NCBI GenBank assembly: GCA_031316235.1
Contig: JALDRA010000001.1
Location: forward strand, 2,400,001 to 2,432,000
DNA from: Candidatus Scalindua sp.
GTDB taxonomy: Bacteria; Planctomycetota; Brocadiia; Brocadiales; Scalinduaceae
Length of the DNA stretch: 32,000 nucleotides
Reading direction: 5' to 3'
Shown here: in pieces, positions 9,178-15,849 of the stretch
How positions within the stretch are numbered: position 1 is the stretch's first letter
How the letters are laid out: the number at the start of each line of letters is the position of its first letter
The notes under the pieces: model-generated
The model's input: only the letters and a program-made list of their open reading frames with translations
Told to the model about the DNA's origin: nothing
Databases searched by the model: none
Made by a program: the position numbers and the translations under genes

Positions 9178-10158
9178 ATGGCTAAAGGGAAAAGAAACTT
9201 GTGGAGCGTGAAAAATGAACTCTTGATAAAATCAAGAGAGGCAATGCTTTGTGCAGTACAAATTTTCAACAATCCTAACATTGTCTTTAAATCAGAAAGT
9301 TTCATTGTTCTAGCAAATATTGCATGGACTTACTTGCTTCATTCTTATTATAAAAAAAGTGGTATTAACTATAGATACTACGAACAGAAGGCGCAGCGAA
9401 AAAGATATGATAAAACAAAAAGAGGGTCATTCAAATATTGGGAACTTGAAAGATGTTTGAATGATAAAAACTGTCCAATTGATAGTGTAACTATCTCCAA
9501 CTTGAAATTCCTTATAGGCCTTCGGCATGAGATTGTGCACCAAATGACAACTCGAATAGATGACTATCTGAGTGCTAGATTTCAGGCTTGCTGTTTAAAC
9601 TACAACAAATACGTTAAAAGACTCTTTGGTGAAGACTATGGTATTGACAAATACCTTTCTTTTTCTATTCAATTTTCATCAATTACGGAAGATCATGCGA
9701 AACAGCTGAAAGAATTTTCGGAATTACCCCAAAATATTGCTGCATATATAAATGATTTTGATAATTCAATATCGGAGGAGGTATTTAATAATCCACAATA
9801 TTCATACAGAGTTCTTTATGTTCCAAGGACAGCTAATAGAAAAGGGCAAGCTGATAAAGTAATAGAATTTATTCCTGCCGATTCGCCAGAGGCGCAGGGA
9901 TTAAACAAAGAGTATCGAATAATAAGGGATAGAGAGAAGCCAAAGCACTTGCCAACTGAAATAATTGATATAATGCGATCTAAGGGTTTTAAAAAATTCG
10001 GCATGCATCAGCACACCCAACTTTGGAAGCAATTTGATGCGAAAGATGAAGCCAAAGGATTTGGTGTCAGGGTTGCCAATGCTTGGTATTGGTATGATAA
10101 CTGGATAAAAGAAGTTGAAAAATATTGTGTGGAAAACAAAGAATTATATGTTGACTGA
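9178..10158 (+). CDS. Uncharacterised protein, DUF3644-like (family assignment from memory, unverified)
   Basis: Intact 326-aa ORF. The N-terminus LIKSREAMLCAVQIFNNPNIVFKSESFIVLANIAWTYLLHSYY...WELERCL...ISNLKFLIGLRHEIVHQ resembles DUF3644 proteins, which are frequent in R-M and defence loci. Confidence 0.5.
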   Translation: MAKGKRNLWSVKNELLIKSREAMLCAVQIFNNPNIVFKSESFIVLANIAWTYLLHSYYKKSGINYRYYEQKAQRKRYDKTKRGSFKYWELERCLNDKNCPIDSVTISNLKFLIGLRHEIVHQMTTRIDDYLSARFQACCLNYNKYVKRLFGEDYGIDKYLSFSIQFSSITEDHAKQLKEFSELPQNIAAYINDFDNSISEEVFNNPQYSYRVLYVPRTANRKGQADKVIEFIPADSPEAQGLNKEYRIIRDREKPKHLPTEIIDIMRSKGFKKFGMHQHTQLWKQFDAKDEAKGFGVRVANAWYWYDNWIKEVEKYCVENKELYVD

Positions 10159-10264
10159 AATCACAGAATCCGAAATAGAACAATTCGCAGTTGAATTACT
10201 CAAAAAATCAGGCTACAAACACATCTATGCCTTCAACCGCAGACTATATGGAAGCAAACGGTAA
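10151..10264 (+). pseudogene. hsdR: HsdR 5' stub (about 27 homologous codons followed by unrelated sequence and a stop)
   Basis: From the TTG at 10151, LTEITESEIEQFAVELLKKSGYKHIYA parallels the N-terminus of the hsdR at 11313 (MNKISENTIEEFTIELLEKSGYQYLFA). The start overlaps the stop of the preceding ORF (TTGACTGA), and the stub ends in TAATG at the rhuM start. Confidence 0.6.
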
Positions 10265-10736
10265 TGAATAAAAACAATCTTCCTGATAAACAATCAAATT
10301 TCTTTCTCTACACCGGAAACGACGGGAAAGTAAATATCGAAGTATTTATGCAAGATGAAACGGTTTGGCTGACGCAAAAGGCTATCGGCGAGCTTTTTGG
10401 AAAGTCAAAAGCAATAATTAGCGAGCATCTTAAGAAAATATATGCAGAAGGAGAATTGGAGATGGAGTCAACTGTACGGAAATTCCGAACAGTTCAAGCT
10501 GAAGGATCAAGGAAAGTAGAAAGAGGTTTGGAATTTTACAATCTCAACGCCATCATCTCGGTCGGCTATCGCGTAAACTCCTACCAGGCTACACAGCTTC
10601 GCATATGGATAACCAAACCCTGAAAGAATTCATCATCAAAGGAGTTGTTCTGGATGATGAACGACTCAAGCAGGGCAATCAGGTTTTTGGTAAAAACTAT
10701 TTTGACGAACTACTGGAGTGCATCCGGGAAATACGT
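10264..10736 (+). pseudogene. rhuM: RhuM-family protein, frameshifted (about 10617) and 3'-truncated
   Basis: FLYTGNDGKVNIEVFMQDETVWLTQKAIGELFGKSKAIISEHLKKIYAEGEL...YNLNAIISVGYRVNSYQATQLRIW is the RhuM signature. It continues in another frame as LKEFIIKGVVLDDERLKQG...YFDELLECIREIR, consistent with a 1-nt loss in aaa(a)ccctg. The rest of RhuM is missing. Confidence 0.75.
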
Positions 10737-10781
10737 GATCTCATATTGCCAAAACTGATGAGCAATGAGGCTGAAAATTGA
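10734..10781 (+). pseudogene. hsdS: Probable HsdS 3'-terminal tail fused to the rhuM remnant
   Basis: IRDLILPKLMSNEAEN* resembles the conserved HsdS C-terminus (compare LRDTLLLKLMSGEV at 7925-7966). The junction sits at a shared (I/L)RD. Confidence 0.45.
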
Positions 10782-11329
10782 CAAAACATAATCCAAAGAT
10801 ACACCATCGTCGGTCAATCAGATTAAAAGAATACGATTATTCACAGGAAGGGTTCTATTTTATTACGATATGCACGAATCACCATGTATGTTTATTCGGC
10901 AAAATATACGATGGTAAAATGGTATTGAATGATGCGGGAAAAATTGCAAAAGAATGTTGGTTGGATATCACGGAACATTATCCGAATACCAGATTGCATG
11001 AATGTGTGATTATGCCAAATCATGTACATGGAATACTACAAATTGTAAATAACACGGGGGTAGGGGTTCAAGATATTGAACCCCTACAACAACCCAAACA
11101 AAACCAATACCAGAAAATAATTCCGCGTTCAATCGGTTCCATGGTGCGGGGATTTAAAATTGGTGTGACAAAATGGTTTCGGAAAAATACAAACGTATAT
11201 ACGGTATGGCAACACAATTATTACGAACATATTATACGCAACGAACAATCATATTATAAAATTTCGGAATACATTATCAAGAATCCCTCTCATTGGCTAA
11301 CTGATAAATACTATGAACAAGATTTCTGA
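10778..11329 (+). mobile_element. REP-associated tyrosine transposase (RAYT; IS200/IS605 TnpA-like Y1/HUH enzyme), apparently intact
   Basis: 183-aa ORF with a TTG start. It has HHRRSIRLKEYDYSQEGFYFITICT, the HUH motif in MPNHVHGILQI, and the catalytic Tyr region WQHNYYEHIIRNE. There is no tnpB. It overlaps the hsdR ATG by 17 nt. Confidence 0.85.
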
Positions 11330-12204
11330 AAACACTATAGAAGAATTTACCATTGAGTTACTAGAAAAGTCTGGTTATCAGTACCTGTTTGCCCCTTTAA
11401 TCGCCCCAAACGGTAAAACACCTGAAAGAGAGTCATTTGAAGATGTACTGTTAATCGAACGTCTGCAAACAGCAGTTGGCAGGATTAACCCTGAAATCTC
11501 TGAGGATATCAGGGAAGATGCCATAAAACAGTTACTCAGGTTAAACTCTCCAGAGTTGATCGCCAACAACGAGGGCTTTCACCGTATGCTTACCGAAGGT
11601 ATAACGGTTAGTTACCAGAAAGACGGAAATGATCGTGGGGATTTAGTGTGGATGATTGACTTTAAAAATCCTGACAATAACGACTTTCTTGTTGTCAATC
11701 AGTTTACGGTTATCGAAAACAGTGTAAATAAACGTCCTGATATTGTTCTCTTTGTCAATGGCCTTCCATTGGTGGTTATCGAACTCAAGAATCCTGCCGA
11801 TGAGAACGCGACCGTAATATCCGCATTCAGGCAGTTTCAAACCTACAAGCAGGCAATCCCCTCCCTGTTTACCTACAATGGCTTTATGGTTATTTCAGAC
11901 GGCCTGGAGGCAAAGGCAGGTTCTCTTTCAGCTGGACTAAGCCGATTCATGGCGTGGAAGACAGCAGACGGCAAGGTTGAAGCGTCTCCCCTGATTGGCC
12001 AACTGGAAACACTCGTTAAGGGTATGCTGAATAAGAAGACACTGTTAGACCTAATACGCCATTTTATTGTATTTGAAAAGTCCAGAAAAGAGGACAAAGA
12101 GACCGGTATTATCACCATACAAACTGTGAAGAAGCTTGCTTACTATCATCAGTATTATGCTGTAAACAGGGCGGTAGAATCGACGATCAGGGCGGCGGGG
12201 TATG

Positions 12205-12399
12205 TACCCACCCCTGGCCCCTCCCAGGAGGGGAACATAATTCTTGGCCCCTCCAAGGAGAGGGGCATAATTTCCGGATCCTCCCAGGATGGGAATATAT
12301 CTCCTGGTTCGTTCCGGGTAAGCAAAGGAACAAAAAGCCAACTTCCAGGTAGTGGTGAAGTAATAAGTCCCCTCCAGGGAGGGGATACAGGGGTGGGTA
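12205..12399 (+). repeat. G-rich tandem-hairpin element, copy E3: 195 bp with perfect 12-bp terminal inverted repeats
   Basis: tacccacccctg (12205-12216) is the exact reverse complement of caggggtgggta (12388-12399). Sub-terminal hairpins are cccctcccaggagggg (12218-12233) and cccctccagggagggg (12369-12384). At 195 bp (65 codons) it reads through as PTPGPSQEGNIILGPSKERGIISGSSQDGNISPG. Confidence 0.85.
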
Positions 12400-12780
12400 G
12401 AAAAATCATCTCTTACAATCCAAAACTGAAGGAATTGGCAAAAAAGCTGAGAAAAAATATGACGCTTTCTGAGGTTCTGCTCTGGGATCAGTTAAAACAG
12501 AAGAAAATGCTCGGTTTTGATTTTGACCGACAAAGACCCATTGATGAATATATCGTTGATTTTTATTGTAAAGATTTAATGTTGGCAATTGAGATTGACG
12601 GTGAAAGTCATACCTGTGAAGAAGTTTATGAGAATGATGTTATAAGGCAGAAAAGACTCGAATCATTGGGTGTGCGTTTCTTACGTTTTCATGATCTGGA
12701 CGTAAAAAAGAATCTTAATGGTGTACTCAGGGTAATAGAACATTGGATCAAGAAACATCAAAATGATTTGGTGGGGAGAT
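12400..12780 (+). CDS. DUF559 (Vsr-like PD-(D/E)xK) endonuclease module embedded in frame in hsdR, with no start or stop codon of its own
   Basis: LAKKLRKNMTLSEVLLWDQLKQKKMLGFDFDRQRPIDEYIVDFYCKDLMLAIEIDGESH...DVIRQKRLESLGVRFLRFHDLDV...LRVIEHWI matches the DUF559 pattern (LR..T.aE..LW..L....l.g.kFrRQ.pi..yivDFyc....l.iElDG..H). It has no counterpart in HsdR proteins. Confidence 0.85.
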
Positions 12781-12950
12781 TACCCACCCCTTGCCCCTCC
12801 CGGGAGGGGAAACCCACCCCGGACCCCTCCAGGGAGGGGAACATAATTCATGGCTCTTCCAGGGAGGGGGACATAATTTCTGGTCCCACCGAGGAGGGGA
12901 ATATACCTTATCCTTTTGGGGAAGGGAGGAAGTCCCTCCCTGGGGAGGAG
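12781..12950 (+). repeat. G-rich tandem-hairpin element, copy E4 (left end duplicated, right end degenerate)
   Basis: It starts tacccaccccttgcccctcccgggagggg. A perfect 16-bp palindrome lies at 12794-12809, followed by a second left end, aacccaccccggacccctccagggagggg. The stretch 12824-12885 is nearly identical to 5609-5670 in E1. It translates as PTPCPSREGKPTPDPSREGNIIHGSSREGDIISG. The right boundary is approximate. Confidence 0.75.
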
Positions 12951-13923
12951 TCCGTAATGGAATCGCCTGCAAGCTATGGTTTACCGGGAGTCAAGGCGCA
13001 GCCTGTCGGTGACCGAAAGGGTGGTGTTGTATGGCATACGCAGGGGAGCGGGAAATCCCTGTCAATGGTTTTCTATACAGGAAAGATTGTTCTTGCTTTA
13101 GATAATCCCACCATTCTGGTTATTACTGACAGGAATGATCTGGACGACCAGTTATTTGATACCTTTGCGGCATCGAAACAGCTTCTCAGGCAAGAGCCTG
13201 TACAGGCAGAGGACAGAGAGCAATTGAAGGATCTTCTCAAAGTGGCATCGGGTGGTGTTGTCTTTACAACCATTCAGAAATTTCAACCTGAAGAAGGAAA
13301 TGTGTACGAGCAGCTCTCCGATAGAAAAAACATAATTGTCATAGTTGATGAGGCACATCGTACTCAGTACGGGTTTAAGGCCAAAACGATAGATGAAAAG
13401 GATGATAAAGGAAATGTAGTCGGCAAGAAAATTGTATACGGATTTGCGAAATATATGCGTGATGCCCTGCCAAACGCAACGTATCTTGGATTTACGGGTA
13501 CGCCGATAGAAAGCACAGATGTTAACACACCCGCTGTATTTGGTAATTATGTTGATATTTACGATATTTTACAGGCGGTAGATGACGGCGCAACCGTAAG
13601 GATTTTTTACGAAAGCAGGCTGGCGAAGATAAAGCTCAGTGAAGAGGGGAAAAAACTTATTGCGGATCTTGATGAAGTGCTTGAACATGATGAATTAACC
13701 CAGACCCAGAAGGCAAAAGCAAAGTGGACACAACTGGAAGCATTAATCGGCAGTGAAGACAGGGTTAAGCAGGTGGCGCAGGATATTATCACACATTTCG
13801 AGCTGAGGAATAATCCCGGAGGCGGGGGGCTTGATGGTAAGGCAATGGTTGTGGCCATGTCGCGCCGTATTGCTGCCGATTTGTATAAGGGAATCATTAA
13901 TATTCGACCACAATGGCACAGCT

Positions 13924-14310
13924 TTTTCTGATAGTGGAGGAAAGGGTGACCCTGCAATTGCCCAGGAAAAAGCTGTCAAAATGATGCTGGAAAAACTTGA
14001 AGTGGTTTCGCAGATGTTTCATGGATTTGCCTATGAAGATTATTTTCAGTCAGACACTTCAGCAAAGCTATCCCTTATTCTTGCTGCAGAAGAACATATT
14101 CTGGGAATGGACAACGGGAGAAAGAGATATATTGATGAAGTAACCGCTCTGCCTCAGGTCTTTTCCATAGCGATACCCCATGAACAGGCAATGGACGTAA
14201 AAGATGAATTATCATTCTTTCAGGCGGTTAAATCACGATTAGCAAAGTTTGACAGCACAGGTTCAGGCAGGACCGACGAGGAAATAGAGACAGTAATACC
14301 TTACGAATAA
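13924..14310 (+). pseudogene. hsdR: HsdR C-terminal-domain fragment (different frame, 3'-truncated)
   Basis: SGGKGDPAIAQEKAVKMMLEKLEVVSQMFHGFAYEDYF...LILAAEEHILGMDNGRKRYIDEVTAL...ELSFFQAVKSRLAKF matches the region downstream of the HsdR helicase (DUF3387-type). The first roughly 30 codons of ORF 13831..14310 are an out-of-frame overlap, not homologous sequence. Confidence 0.7.
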
Positions 14311-14542
14311 AGCGATTCCACCCCTGGCAGTTACTGTATCATTTGTTACGCCACTCTTCTAAATCTTGCACTTGCTTTTCAATACAGTATTATTCATAAT
14401 GCTTTCCTCCCCGTCTTAGCCGGGCAGGACTTACCGGGTGAGAGAGTTTGTTTTTTGCAGATTTGTTATAACAAGCTTCTCTTGTCCTTTTAAGCCAGTT
14501 ATAAGCTTTTTTGTTGATTACAAACCGTTCAACCTGGATTTC

Positions 14543-15664
14543 ATGAAAAACAAAGAACCCGACGATATCTATTTTATGCGAAAAGCGATCTCTCTCGCCA
14601 GGAAAGGTATGGGGAATACAAGCCCAAACCCGATGGTTGGCGCCGTAATCGTGGCAGATAAAAAGATTATCGGGCAAGGTTACCACAAACGATGCGGTGA
14701 TTTTCACGCAGAAATAAATGCGATCAATAACACGCGGAAAAGTGTGGGAGGTTCAACGTTTTATATCACTTTGGAACCGTGCAGTCACTTTGGGAGAACC
14801 CCCCCTTGTGTGGATACATTAATAAAAAATAATCCGAAGAGAGTAGTCGTCGGTTCCGTAGACCCGAATCCCCGTGTATGCGGAAAAGGAATCAAAATTC
14901 TGCAATCCCATGGTATAAGGGTTGATGTCGGAATACTGGAGAGTGAATGTCTTCAATTAAACGAACATTACGTTAAACACATAACGTCAGGAATCCCTTA
15001 TGTAACCGTAAAATATGCCCAGACATTGGACGGCAGGATAGCCACAAAGAGCGGGAATTCCCAATGGATCAGCTCTGAGCCATCACGAAAATATGTTCAC
15101 CGCCTACGCCGTATACATGACAGTATCATGGTCGGCAGAAAAACGATTACCACTGATGATCCAAGATTAACGGTAAGACATGTGAAAGGTAAAAATCCCC
15201 TACGCGTTATAGTTGATACCAGGCTTCGCATACCCCTCAAATCTTTTGTTCTGAAAGACGCTGCCGCTAACCAGACAATAATTGCGACAACTCAAGAAGC
15301 CTCTTCCCGTAAGGTGGCAGCAATAGAAAAGCTGGGAGCAGAAGTTCTGATAGTAAAAAGAGATTTACATGGCGGTGTGAACCTTCGCTGTCTTCTCAGG
15401 GAACTTGGAAAAAGAGACATTATCTCGGTTATGGTGGAAGGGGGTTCAGAGCTCATTACATCTCTGCTTGGTGCAGACCTTGTTGATAAGATGATAATAC
15501 CGATAGCGCCCAAGATCATAGGGGAAGGGCTGGAGGCAATTGGAAATCTTTCTATCAACACAATAAAGGATGCTATTACATTTTCATCCTGCAGAATAAT
15601 GAGAAAGGGAGGGGATATTGTCTTTGAAGGTAACGTGTTGAAGAAAACCAGACCCCGTGGTTGA
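14543..15664 (+). CDS. ribD: Bifunctional riboflavin biosynthesis protein RibD (pyrimidine deaminase / uracil reductase)
   Basis: Starts at the internal ATG 14543 (MKNKEPDDIYFMRKAISLARKG). It has TSPNPMVGAVIV, HAEINAI and TLEPCSHFGRTPPC (the zinc deaminase site), plus a C-terminal reductase domain (YAQTLDGRIA...SSEPSR). Confidence 0.9.
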   Translation: MKNKEPDDIYFMRKAISLARKGMGNTSPNPMVGAVIVADKKIIGQGYHKRCGDFHAEINAINNTRKSVGGSTFYITLEPCSHFGRTPPCVDTLIKNNPKRVVVGSVDPNPRVCGKGIKILQSHGIRVDVGILESECLQLNEHYVKHITSGIPYVTVKYAQTLDGRIATKSGNSQWISSEPSRKYVHRLRRIHDSIMVGRKTITTDDPRLTVRHVKGKNPLRVIVDTRLRIPLKSFVLKDAAANQTIIATTQEASSRKVAAIEKLGAEVLIVKRDLHGGVNLRCLLRELGKRDIISVMVEGGSELITSLLGADLVDKMIIPIAPKIIGEGLEAIGNLSINTIKDAITFSSCRIMRKGGDIVFEGNVLKKTRPRG

Positions 15665-15729
15665 ACGATAACTACCCACCTGCTGCGTTGCGGTAATAAT
15701 TCCGTAGTCCTCACGTACTTGAGTACGTT

Positions 15730-15761
15730 CCGGTTCCGAAAACCATTATGAGATGAGTATA
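15730..15761 (+). repeat. AT-rich MITE family, right-end fragment (copy B)
   Basis: ccggttccgaaaaccattatgagatgagtata matches the right ends of copies A, E and H. It lies just downstream of ribD. Confidence 0.6.
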
Positions 15762-15849
15762 GATAAACCTGTCTGTTTTGGGTCAGGAGCAGTGTCGTAA
15801 GATAATAATTCAGCTTTTCTGCCTGGTCGAACAGGAACAGAGATGAAAT

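Larger units (their letters stand above)
11313..13931 (+). pseudogene. hsdR: Type I R-M restriction subunit HsdR: an 872-aa ORF carrying a roughly 0.75 kb in-frame foreign insertion and ending at an internal deletion
   Basis: The N-terminal nuclease region contains NKRPDIVLFVNGLPLVVIELK, then QYYAVNRAVE. After the insertion come GGVVWHTQGSGKSLSM (motif I), IIVIVDEAHRTQYG (DEAH) and LGFTGTP. The ORF ends ...RPQWHSFF*, before helicase domain 2. Confidence 0.85.

Noticed and set aside
12205-12950. The hsdR insertion could be an intein, meaning an in-frame nuclease-containing insert near a P-loop.
   Set aside because: There is no Cys/Ser/Thr at the N-terminal junction, no His-Asn followed by Cys/Ser/Thr at the C-terminal junction, and no Hint-domain blocks. 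The nuclease is DUF559/Vsr-like rather than LAGLIDADG or HNH. The flanks are DNA-level hairpin repeats with TIRs.
13831-13923. The N-terminal 30 codons of ORF 13831..14310 (MMVRQWLWPCRAVLLPICIRESLIFDHNGTAF) might be real coding sequence.
   Set aside because: This stretch overlaps the hsdR frame out of phase and has no HsdR similarity. Homology to the HsdR C-terminal domain begins only at about 13924.
14311-14542. There could be an FMN (RFN) riboswitch upstream of ribD.
   Set aside because: I could not find the conserved RFN core (GGGGCAGGGTGAAATTCCC... / ...GGATGGGAGAAG-type segments) on either strand. Only short unrelated hairpins are present.
15292-15714. A 140-aa minus-strand ORF overlaps the 3' half of ribD.
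   Set aside because: It is entirely antisense to a strongly supported ribD reductase domain and has no recognisable motif.
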